DNA of 63,068 nt, filler included, from Sphacelaria rigidula (taxonomy: Eukaryota): the NCBI GenBank assembly GCA_964200075.2. It is 9 parts of 9 records of this genome, joined end to end, with 100 filler letters (N's around TTAATTAATTAA, not from the genome) between each part and the next. Parts side by side here need not be neighbours in the genome. Positions count along the whole stretch, not along the records: positions 49,133 to 56,050 come from CAXNAA020017407.1; positions 56,151 to 63,068 come from CAXNAA020017408.1; 7 more parts are not named here. One strand, 5' to 3'. Shown one piece after another: positions 51,290-63,068 of this stretch. Position numbers and translations under genes: made by a program. The notes beneath the pieces were generated by a model that was not told the origin of the DNA, did no database searches, and was given only the letters and a program-made list of their open reading frames with translations. The first letter of the stretch is position 1. Each line of letters opens with the position of its first letter.

Positions 51290-54200
51290 CTACGCCACAG
51301 AGGGACCGACTGTTGCTGCGCGTGGCTCACGCTTATTGCCTGATATATCCTTAATGAGGCTCCTGCCACCTTGCGGGTCGATCAGATGGGATATAGCCGC
51401 CGCCGCCACTAGAAAGGGGCACGCCACGACCAGGCAAATCGACAGTCCGTAGTCCTCGAACTAACGAAGCATGGGCATGCATTTCCATGATCGAGTGGGG
51501 CATTTGCATTGTGAAGGGCAAATGATCAAGAAGAGGGGAGTGGGGCGAGGGGGAAGGGTCAAGATGAAGCGTCGGATCGAACAGGAACGCGGAGGGTATT
51601 GCCGTCATCTCCCGCTTGTAAACTAGTGGTTTGACATTCACGCGTGAATCGATAAACGTGGACACATCCAGGGACTGATACTGTGTGTGTACGTATGCCG
51701 ACGACAAAAATTCTGGTCGCCGGACAGAACATCACATGACCGCAAAAAATCGGGTGCCGGGGCATGCGGAGCAATTTATTTTCCCTCCCATCATTCCGCA
51801 CCGCCATCGCTCTGTATGGCAACAGCTACGTTGAAACCTTTCTGCCGCCTGCTTGCTCGAAAGCGCTTGCAGATGCTTGGGGGGGTACGCAACGCTTCGG
51901 ACAAAAGGGGAAGAGCTTAAGCCAGCGATGGTGGAACACATGGCGAGGAAATGGCCTGCATGGCATCCGGTGGAGGAGCTCGCTACTATCGAGGCTGGAT
52001 TTTGTTTTCGCAAAGTGTACCCAACTCGAAACGAAACGGTCGTTCAAGACCTAGGAGAATAGCGAGATTATCCGCCCAACTACTATTGCGCGTTGAAATA
52101 GCTCACCGTGTAGTGGTATAGGAAACCCCCCACGAGAATCCCGACAAGCCGGCCCATTGCATTGGCCATGTAATAAAACCCGAGGTCGATCGACACTTTG
52201 TCCTGATGAGAGAGCGATGGCGGGAAGCGGGCGAAGGCGACAAGCGGCGCAGAAATATGCTCAGCGTACGTTTCGAGGTGCGAGTGCTCTACTATTCTCT
52301 ACCTGTTGGCAGAGAGAAAACGTTGCCGTCTTGTCGAATGAGACGTGAAGATATATATCGACTCAGGGATTGCGTTGTGAGTTCCGAGGATGCTAGCATG
52401 ATAGCCAGCGGGGACAAGAACTGTCGACATGACGAAAGATACATTCAAGCTTGATAGCGGAGGTGCGGTGGACTTACTCAGTACAATAATCACGCAGGAT
52501 GTCACCAGCTCCCCCTACCCCCCCTCCCGTTGTTTCATCGGATGTGCCTACATCCATCGATTATGATGTGCTACTGCTTGCCTGTCGCACAGTGCGATAT
52601 AGTTTACGCTTCTTCTTTTTCTGTTTGTATCACAAGCTGCTTTTGACGGTGTCGACCTAAGCAGTGTGCGATTCATCAAACGTGTATGTGGACATCTCCA
52701 GCACTTTGTCGTGCATGAGACTTCTGTGCTCATTATAATTTAGTTCTTCCAGCTCGGTGGAGTAAGTAATGCCCATAACGCCACCGAGCTGTGGAGTGGT
52801 ATTATCACCTGGTATACCCTGGTTTTACGCTATGTACCCGCTCCCGTTGCCCTACATGACATGTTTTCATACGGACATGTTTTCACACCACGCATGACGA
52901 GCTACTGGCTCCAAACAATTCCAGCTGACATAGAGCGGTCTCAGTCAGGGCATGGCCAGGCTCGCTGTTTTGACCCCCACTCGGCTCACTCTTGACCACA
53001 GTACCAACGTGGAGGATATAAACTCTCAACCTCGTCCCTTACGAACATAACCTGACCCCCGGGCTCATTAACTGTGGACCCGTGAGACAAATAGCAGGTT
53101 CTGGCAAAGAAGTTCGGCAACAGCTACCTAGCGGAACTCGATGCCCATCACTCCTTGACCGCCCAGACTCCGAGTTGTAAGCCATGTGGAGGTGGGTATT
53201 CGCATTAGTTGCTTCGGGTGGAAGGACAACGCCCACATCGGGGAGACCGTTGCCATGGACATGCCGCGCGTCATTGTTCTTCGTGTATGAGCCACAACCA
53301 CTACTAAATTTCCCGTCACGATAGTGCTACGGTACAGTTGAACAATTAACGAATAGTTGTGAGTGCGCCAGAAGTACATGTCATCATGCATGTGCGGCAA
53401 GAGTTTCCCACATGGCAGAACTATTAATGAGATAAAAGAAGGGGATCCGCCTCATTAAAACATGAAACAGGGCTGCTGCACACCTATCGGCTAAAGCTCA
53501 AAGTTGTGGTTCACTCCTGCTAACCGCCCATGACGCCCAAGTAGCACCCACTTGCGCCTACAAAAAAGTCCCCTGAAAACTTCCCATTCAACTGTTTCCC
53601 TGTCTATTCTCATTTTTGAAGTTTTGGCTACTGACGCGGGTGGAAGGGGGATTTGTTTGCAGAGGTGGTTATACCAGCCTCATGTGGTGCCTGTGTAGGA
53701 CAACCACGTGTCAGAGCTTGGTGTGTCACATCATGTTAATATCATACCATCGCAGCTGCAAAAGTAGCAATAATTCTGGGGGGCTTCGTCTAGATTTTCG
53801 AGACGTTATCTGTTGATGGCCTCCTGGACCCTTTTAGCAGCCTACATGGATGCATGCCATCTCACACGCCACCAGTGACGCTTTGTCCACAACCATGCCT
53901 CTGTGGTTAGCACTCTGCCGTGTTGTATCTCTGATCGGCTCCATCAACCGTGTTCTTCTCATTCAACCCGCGAGGAGCCTCAGCACCGCCAATAGAACCA
54001 TATCTTACCCGTGAAAATTCAGGGGCGGGGGGGGCGTACTCATTTGTTGCTTGCCTTAGTCATTTGACCTGGCGTGGGGGGGAGGGCAGGGTAGCGCACC
54101 TTATTGGAGTAGGATACTATGAGATAGGAGTGCACTGAAGAGTTGACGGCGAACACCACGGCGAAGAATGCCATGCCCATCACGAGAACCACAGCAGTCC

Positions 54201-55814
54201 AAGTCTTGCTTTCAGCCACGATGAACGTGAAGTATGACGCTCTGCGGTTACGGGTGGAGCGAGCACGGGGCGGCGACGGTGGGGGAGCAAGTCCTGAAGA
54301 TCCGACCAGCAGACATGAGGCATTCAGCGGATGAATACTGTGGCTATTGAGCACTGTTCGTCAACCTTATCAGTACAAAAGCGTGGTGTGTTGGTTCCGC
54401 CTGGGTTTTAGCACAAAATCAAAGCTGCTGGCACCTCGGAGAAATCTCGTGCCATGTTCCCCAACAGTGGCAAACGCGACAATGAGTACCACAAGCAGCG
54501 AGAAACAATGGGCTGAAAAAAACAACGAATCTTCACGATCCTTGAAAAAACTCACATTCCAGTTACGAGAGGTACAAGCGAGCATGCCGCGGCCCACTTG
54601 AACGCCGAAAAGGATGTTGGGTGTCCTGACGTACCGTCCTTCTTTTTCCACAGTTTGGTCGACGACGCTTGCAGGTTTCCGTAGATCACGATGTATCCTG
54701 ACACAATCAGAAAACATCGTTGATGTTTTTTGAAGACCAGGATATAATGCGAGATAGAGAAAGGGGTTGGCAGCGAGCGGAAACGCGCAGGGGTGAGCCA
54801 ACTACAAAATTCTGATGACTTCACAGCAAAGCGTTGAGGTACCGTGGAGTACAATCGATCACGTTCTTGGCTAGACCACGCAATATCTATCGACTGGAAA
54901 TATCTCAGTCGTTTCTTGCACGGGAGCATTCTGTCCCACAAATAAATGGAGAAGGCGGGTATATTTTCCGGTATACATAGTTGTGGGGCTGCAGCAGTGC
55001 TGTCGTTTTGACCTGAAATATAAAATACGTGGTACTGTAGAGCAGTAAAACGCGGTGAGGCCACTTACTACGGGGGATGGACTGTTTTCGCTGGGCGGTC
55101 TTGAGCTTCGGGAATTCGACACCGTTTTAAACCCTCAAAAGAGGGAATATCCTCGCCGCGTGTCTTGCAGATTGTGCGCAACCTCACTCAGAGGAGTCAG
55201 ACTCACTTTAACGATTCGCTCCGAGGTCTCGCCAACGGTCACCAAGCGAAAAATAACATCAGAAACGCAGCAAAGTGTCATCTGCCTGTACTGCAGCGAT
55301 ACTTGCGACGTTTGTACACCGTTCAAACATTTTCAAATTTCCGTTTGATGGCTCGGTGAGTGACCGTTTTCGAAACTTCGGACCCTAGCAAATCGCACAA
55401 GTGGGTTATAGATCCCTCTCAGCGAGGTGATGGCACGATGTCCAAGACACGTGGTGACGAAATTTTCTGTCATGGGGGCCAGAAACGCTGATCACATTCC
55501 CCAACGCTGAAAGCCCAAACAAGCGTGGAGAATCCAACGCTTGTAAGATGTGACCAGGACAGGGGTTAAACAACGTCACAACGCGCACAAACGCACATGC
55601 ACACACACGTGCACACATACCTGCCATGAACAGTCCCACGAACTTGGGCGCCCAGCCGAGGGAGAGCTGGAAGAACAAAGGAGCACCGATCTCGAACCAA
55701 ACGTCACGAGACGCGAACAAGAAAAATCTCGCCGCCGACAGCATGTTGACCTTGCGGCCCTTTCTGAACAGCCCGGCCCAGTCGATCTCTTTCGTTGCAG
55801 AAATGCCCAGCCCC
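51290..55814 (-). CDS. arsJ: 3' five exons of an ArsJ-family MFS transporter (organoarsenical efflux permease homologue)
   Basis: Phase-consistent exons 55814-55621, 54697-54556, 54241-54100, 52202-52107 and 51460-51290 (TAG stop). Motifs VNMLSAARFFLFASRDVWF, GYIVIYG, FAVNSSVHSYLIVSYS and DKVSIDLGFYYMANAMGRLVG match bacterial ArsJ as I recall it. Confidence 0.85.
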
Positions 55815-56393
55815 CTATGAATCAAGAGACCAGCAAACGCACACAGTGAAGCCGGAAACGCGAGCAAAGGGAACAGGCTGAAGTCCAGACGGAGTCAAGC
55901 CAGTGCCGATATTGTCTGTGAAGAACGTCCCCGCGACCTCACTGAGATATAGTTGAGACATACTCTGGAGTACAGTACTACAGTTCGTACCGAGGAAAGG
56001 CGCGCGTTTTTTTTTTTTTTCCATCATGGCATCCATTTATCAAGTTGTGANNNNNNNNNNNNNNNNNNNNNNNNNNNNNNNNNNNNNNNNNNNNTTAATT
56101 AATTAANNNNNNNNNNNNNNNNNNNNNNNNNNNNNNNNNNNNNNNNNNNNTCTTGCATTTGGATGACAGCCAACAATCAGTTGCTTTATTCTGTGGTATC
56201 GCCACTTTCACAGACAGCCATGGCTTTTACACTGCCTCACGGGTGTCTAACCGACAGTGGAGAGGGGGGACTCATACACAATGTAATGGTATTTTCCGAA
56301 GTAGCCAACGGCAGAAAAAGGTATCTTTACTGCGCTGCCTGCCACCGATGAGAGACTTTGGACCGTGTGGCAGTACTTCTTCATTCCACCCAC

Positions 56394-59300
56394 CTGATGA
56401 TCTCCTTCGCAGTCGTACTCGCTACAAGTGACACCCACAACGATATCTGCGTCGTTGCTCACGTTCCACTGGAGGTTAAAAACAAAAACAAAAACAAAAA
56501 CAGACGAAACAACATGAAAAAATAAATAAATAACACAAGCACAGCAGAACACAAGGAATGGTGCAAAGCGAGAGAGAAGGAACGGACGGATGGACGGACG
56601 GAGAGCAGCAATCATGAGGTGTGAACATGTAATTACACTACAACCCGTCGCCATGTCCAACTCATGGCTTACAGTGCACACGAACAGAAACATCGGCAAT
56701 TACAATTTCGAAAAAAACACGAAACAGACAGAACACTCTTCACGCTGCATGTACTATTCTAGTTCCAGATATTCTCACGTACATGTAGACACTGTGGTAC
56801 AAAGTCTACAAAAGACTACGGTTGACAAATGTGAAAAAAAAAAAACTGTTCCAGAATGACCGCTACATTGTAGCATGATAAATGTTCCGAAATGACCTCC
56901 CACGTACCCCTTCGCAGGCGTTATCCTCTTGGGTGCCCGGGAACAGAGTTTGAATGTCGAAGAGCAGCCACAGAAGGAGGATTAGCTGGAACGTTGATTG
57001 GACAAGAATATTCCGCAGCATAGGGAAGCTGATGAGTCGGGCATTACGCTTGTAAGGCCGGCGGTCGAGCAGCGACATGGTTGGCGCCTCCGTGCCCAGT
57101 GCCAGGGCGCCCATGGTGTCCATGATGAGGTTAACCCAAAGCATCATGAGAGGATTCAGTGGAGGGTCCATGCCGGATAGTGCTCCGATGAACACAATAA
57201 GAAGCGCAACAACTGTTGTCATTTCAGAGGTGCGGAGGAACGAACGATACGAAAACAGAAGGAACAAGGAAACGGAAAAAAAAAAAGTTGTGGTGTCTAC
57301 GGTGTCCAAGGTTTGTGCATGTGCATGTGAGAGATGAGAGACGATATGGACAAAGGACAGGGAATCAATTAAACGAAAAAAAGGGAAGGGTTGAGTGTCT
57401 GGAACAACGAGGGGGTGTACTCATTTGTTGCTTGCCTTAGTCATTTGACCATTGACCACGCATCCCTTTCGAGACGGGGGGGNNNNNNNNNNAGCGAAGC
57501 ATTTCTGGCAAGGCGGGTTGCGATGCGTCTGCGCCAGGGTGTTTCAGCGGCTTGTTTATTCCGAGAGAAAAACGTTGACCACTAAAAAAAAGAAAAACAG
57601 TACACAAGGCATTGACCTATTTTCACCTGATTTATTTCCCCGCAAACTGGTGTTACATTTACCAACTACTCCCTCGCGAAAGACCGTGATTGGATCATGA
57701 CCATTGCCTCACTAGTCTCGTACAGACCAAAACAATCGCCCTAAAAATGTACGTACATACCCGAAGGTGCAGGTATTCAGAGGAGAGTAGCGCACGGGGG
57801 TGGGGGGGGGGGGTGATGTCCAACGTACCAGTAAAAGGCAAACACTATATAATACCAAGTAATAACTAACCGTTAACCGTGAGTTGGAATTGCAGGAACT
57901 TCCGAATGTTGTCGTAGACGCCACGCCCCCACATAATGGCCTTTACAATCGAAGAAAAACGGTCGTCCAGGATCACGATGTCCGAAGCGTTTTGCGCAAC
58001 CTGCAAACACACCAAACACGGAGAGGACACACAAGATGAAGACGAGGAGGGGGGGGGGGGAGACGCAATATCAGACATCTAGGTGACCAACGGCAACGAA
58101 GTCACTCAGGGTCGTACGAACGATTGCTGATTCCAATCAGCGAATCTACGGTTCCTGAGGCCAGAGCGCTTCAAACAGAGGAACAACGTTAACCGCGGGT
58201 CAGAAACGCCCGAGGTGCGCCACGTGCCTGGGGTGCGTGTCCCCGGGAAACGGTGCAACGCTAAAAACAAAGCCCAAGGATCAATTTGATTCGTACGGTA
58301 GGAATCAATTGTACACTCAAAGAAAGAACTTTATCTGAGACAAATCATGATTCGTTTGATCATCAACATTTATCTCAGTACAGGGGGAACGATATATGCA
58401 TACGAGTGTACGCAGGCGCTGACTTTTTGCGCGTCATCTCTGCATCAACCCTTTTCGAACCCGTGGACGATTCCTGTTTGGGTGAATCCACATCATTTTC
58501 ACTCATTTTCAAGTCAAAATGATGCTGATTCATAAAAACAGACATCGTCAGTGGGCTCGGAAAGGCTTAAGTCGGCGTATAGAAAACACCGTAGTACATA
58601 CGTATATATATATATTCATATATCGATGCGATAAACTACACGCATTTTAATTTTCGCCTCCCTTCCCTTCCTCGAGACGAGTCCATGATTTCCAGGGATC
58701 AAACCCATTTCAACCCGGCACACGCCTTGCACTCTGGTTTCGCGGAGTGGATCATGACCATCACCACTTCCGCACCACATCTACATACATACTCTTAGAT
58801 AACCACTCACTTTGAATCAACACAATGTTATCGCGAAATAAAAGCGAACACCCAGGAAAATCGAAGCATTCTACAGCGCGTGTAAACACCAATGATAATG
58901 CCAGTGCTTGTTGGTGTCACCGCATGTTGTCATCACACAAATTCGGGGGAGGTTGTAATCCATAAGAGTGCCTCCTCTCGTATTTTTCATCACCCTAGAG
59001 TCGCTCGCGGTCTAGAAAGGCGTAGCCAACTGCACCGTACGTAACACGCACCAACTTCGGGCATTCATATACATATTTTTCACTCCACTACTCGTGTAGT
59101 AGAGGGGGAAAACCAGCAGTAAGCATGTATACATTTACAAACCCTCATTCGGCAAGCGAGAGACAACACACGGCAACAACATGAAAACAGAGAAAAAAAG
59201 GAGAGAACAAAAAAAAAACGAAAACAAACACTAGGAGATGTAAACACAACAGAAAGATTCAAAGAAAGAAAGAAAAAAATGAAGGGGAAAACACACCCAA

Positions 59301-61701
59301 CAGTAAAAACACGCGATGAATAAATAAATAAGCACAAGAGGAGGGAAGACAAGGTGCCGCTCACCTTGGTACCGGTGATGCCCATGGAAAGTCCCACGTC
59401 TGCCGCTTTGAGAGCGGGCGCATCATTTGTTCCGTCGCCCGTCACACCCACAACTTCACCGTGACCACTCTTTCTCAAGCGGCGCCACTCCTGCTTGTAT
59501 CCTGGCAGGAGCATGTCCTTATGTGACTCCCACGAGAGACCTAGGCCTCCATCCTTGTCATGTAGCTCTAACCATTCCTGAAGAGAGGGAGAGTAAGTGC
59601 ACAGCAGCAGCAGCAGCGGCGACAGCAGCGGGACAACAAGAAATAAAAGAGAGAAGAACAACAAATAAAAAGATGAAACAAGAGGAAATAAACGGAACAG
59701 ACATGTCTCTAAATTATGCACGGCTAGGTCGTCCAAAGGCTACACAACTAACTCCTCGACCCCCCCCCCCCAACCCCTCCTCCTCACCCTGCACTACCCT
59801 GTCATTTCCCACATATATTATATGGGGAGATGTCATGAGCGCCCAAACGCTCGCTACATGTGTCTATGTTAAATGGTGCTCCGTTTCGAAAGGATGTGCT
59901 GTCAATGGTCAGATGACCGAGGCAAGTGACAACTAACGTACGCCCCCGCACTACTACACGTTTTCTCATCGCGGCTGTTCACTTCCGTACCTTTTCCCCG
60001 TCCGGGATGCCGTGCCCATTGAGGCGAGTGACGAGGAGGTATTTGTCGTTGGGAGACGACCGTGCGAGCACTTGCAGCCGTGGAAGAATCTCGTCCACCT
60101 GGTACGCGAAAACAAAAGTCGAGGGATAATTATCGTTTGATTGGATTTCATTAAGAAGACGCAAATTATCCCCGAGTTTTTGGCTCAATTTTTTTTTTCT
60201 TCCGAAACTCTCGATTGTTGAGTACAATCTCAATGCTCTACCCAAACTTCGGGGGCTCAGAGTACGATTCTCGAAATACTCCAATGTAGGAAACAACCTA
60301 CCCAACACAGCATTTACACTTTTCCAATGCAGCCAAGGGAACATCGCAACAGCGCTAGCGACGCACCTGAGCGGGGCTCATAGCTCGGAACACTGGGCCC
60401 TCCAGCGCCACACCGTAGTCAGGGTCGTATATGCCACACTCCTTCCCGATGGCCATGGCCGTGTTGATGTTGTCTCCGGTAACCATCCGAACCTTATTTT
60501 CATCGCAGAAAGGTACGCAAGACATGACAATATATACGTGCTCATATGTACGATACAGGCTTGATTAAAAAAAAAAAGAATACCTCTACCTCTTCCCGAT
60601 GACATGATCAATACCTCGAAAGATCACCTGGTAAGGGTAGATAGATAATCACAACAAAAGGTACAACACAGAGCGATGTTTACAGATATAAAGGTACAGC
60701 CCCGCTAATGAAACCTCAACTTCTGCTTCACGGCAAGAGCCAAATTCCGAGTAGCCGATCGGGGTCAGAGGTACAGATAATCATGACAAATGCACCATCT
60801 ACACTTTTGGGTCGGACAATAATCATCATGAACCGGGTAACGCAAGCGATTTTCACCACACTACAAACAAGAATTTGTCCTAAGGAACATCTACGAGTGT
60901 ACGATGTGACCTGCAGGTTCATGTGAGTCCTCGGAAGGGTCACTGCAATGCACCGGATTTGCCACAACCCACGGGGTCGGGATCCGCCGGCGCACTGCAC
61001 ACACGGCGGATTCCCCCCCCACCCCCCCGCCCCCCCCTCCATACTTGTTCACACTTTCGTTCACGATGCTGGAAACGAGAACGTGTACCGAACGACATCC
61101 GAACTCAAGAATATTTGATGAAGAAAATACAGATCAACACAGCTCCTCGCCGAATCCACCCTCAATACCACCCCTCACCTGGAAAGGAGTACATAGCTGA
61201 GCTACAAGCTACGGGATCAAACGAGCTCCAACAACTGCTCTCAACCACACGCGCAACCCCCCTCCCCCCCCCCCCCCCCCCCCCCACCCCCCCCCCCCCC
61301 GCCCCCACCCCCCCCCCNNNNNNNNNNCCCCCTCTCCCCCTCCCCCCCCCCCCCCCCCCCCTCAACCTCTCGTTCCCTCTACAATTGACTCATCAACATT
61401 GCGGATCCGACACTCAACACCGAACACAGCACGCATCACATGTGGCACGTCTTCATCGCGTATACTGACACCAACAAACCATCGAGATATCTGGCAGCTC
61501 ACAGCTTACCATGACACCCGCACGTTGTGCCGTAGCAACAGCTTCCTTCACGTCTCCACGCAGAGGGTCCTGGATTCCCACAATAGCATCCAACACCATA
61601 GTCTCGGCGTCTGGGCTATCCAACTCGTACCCCTCGGGAAGGTCTGCTGGCGATGCATAGTCGATGTGCGCCAGGCAGAGGGTGCGGAGCGCCCTGTTGG
61701 C
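56394..61701 (-). CDS. Partial multi-exon P2B (PMCA-type) Ca2+-transporting P-type ATPase
   Basis: Exons 61701-61510 (ALRTLCLAH...GIQDPLR), 60492-60367 ([12 protein letters not shown]), 60098-59991 ([16 protein letters not shown]), 59577-59365 ([18 protein letters not shown]), 58000-57871 ([32 protein letters not shown]), 57212-56908 ([18 protein letters not shown]), 56468-56394. Phases are consistent. Confidence 0.95.
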
Positions 61702-63068
61702 CTGCGAGCATTGGCGGAGGCAGACAGCAGATGAAAACACACACACACACGAGAAACACACAGGAAAAAACACGGGAGAAGAAGATGAGATAAAATGACC
61801 GTAGAGAGCATTTTCTAAAGAAGGCATACATTGCCCACTGGTGAAATCATGTCCGCGTCACATTAGCTCCATCTCTTCAACCCGTGGTTACAGAGTGCAA
61901 GGAGCGTACCACCCATACCCATCAATCAAACAAACAGCCCGTAGAGGAAGGCAAGAAACGAAGCATCAACAAAAAAAAATGTCAACACACACGTGAATAT
62001 ATATAACATGTAGCAAGCGCACACTATCAGTGTATACGGGCAGGGCAACCTGCACAGCTTGCGGCCGTTCTTGCTCTTTCGGGTTGATGCTATAATGCGG
62101 CGAAATTTGTATATGACTTTGCGGTGAAAACTCACACAGGGCCTTGCTGCCATCATTTGTCTGCTGCGCATTACTGAAGTCGTGTCCCAGTGAGGACACG
62201 TATGCCGATGACAGCATTAGTAGCCCGAATCCCCCCCCCCCCCGCCCCTCCGGACACACTTTCAGAACCTTCCTCCCTCGAGACGACCTCGTGCTTCAAC
62301 CTCCTTCTTTCTCAACGGGAAATTTCTACACAATTTCACGCGATACAACGTGAAAATGCCGGAACCTTTCCATAGGCAGCCGGTGTGACAAAAAAAATGA
62401 AAACTTGCTCTTCAGCCGGAAGTTACACATACTGAAATTGCATCTAATCTCTCTCTCCCTCTATATATAGAGAGGGAAATGTACCAATTAAGATACGCTT
62501 ACGGCACCTGGCGGGAAAAACTCTATATCTTGGGACCCATGGCACGTAACACCCCGGGTATCGGAAGAGAGATATTTTAATGCTCCATCACCCGAGCTTT
62601 CCAAAATTGAAAAATGATCAAACCAAGCTGCAGGAGTAGCTATGAAGTATGGCTGTATTGACGTAAAAAAATCGGCAGAAAAAATCGGCCAAAATGCCCC
62701 CTGTGCCAATCAAGATACACTTTACATATCAGTTCATTTCTCGCGACCTGAGACGTTTCAGACCTTCTCCTTTGGTGAATGTTTGAGAGGTTGATGCAAA
62801 TCGCTGTAAGAAAAAATGAAAAAAATACTTACGCGGGGATGGAAATGGCATATCCCCTGATTTTTCGGAACAAATTTCGCCCTCAAATCTGCGTTTAGCA
62901 ACGCCGTCATCGACGAAAACATCTCTTCTTTCTCTCATTTTTCTTCAGGCCATTGATATACATTTTGTCAGTGTTCTCCCGAAAATTGGTCTTCATCGGT
63001 TCCGATTAAGGTACTCTGACGCATGTTTTGTGATGCCCACTATAGACCCATTTTTCACAGGAAATTGA

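Noticed and set aside
42115-63068. Halogen/arsenic/ion-handling gene cluster (deiodinase-like, ArsJ-like, Ca-ATPase)
   Set aside because: The three genes lie on different contigs joined by artificial linkers.

Overview
Eukaryotic, intron-rich DNA that looks like a fragmented brown-algal (stramenopile) draft assembly; the taxon is inferred from gene style and repeat content. The window is not one locus. It holds nine contigs of 6918-6919 bp (1-6919, 7020-13938, 14039-20957, 21058-27976, 28077-34995, 35096-42014, 42115-49032, 49133-56050, 56151-63068) joined by artificial 100-bp N44-TTAATTAATTAA-N44 linkers, so proximity across linkers means nothing. I reconstructed four partial spliced genes by hand with consistent exon phases. 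They are an atypical haspin-like kinase with a WNK-like relocated lysine, an F-box-like motif and a GC-AG intron; a PPEF/PP5-type PPP phosphatase; the 3' half of an ArsJ-family organoarsenical-efflux MFS transporter; and a P2B (PMCA-type) Ca2+-ATPase. Single exons encode an iodothyronine-deiodinase-like domain, a helix-hairpin-helix motif and a large low-complexity region. Most of the rest is mobile-element debris: LINE and LTR remnants, a tandem TRIM with a nested solo LTR, a contig-wide inverted duplication, piggyBac-like and Sola-like MITEs, a tRNA-derived SINE, a 5S-rRNA-like foldback and a TA-flanked foldback. No CRISPR array or multi-gene novel system is supportable. The best leads are the ArsJ-like gene, the kinase, the deiodinase-like exon and the 5S-like hairpin. 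All family assignments come from remembered motifs, not database searches.
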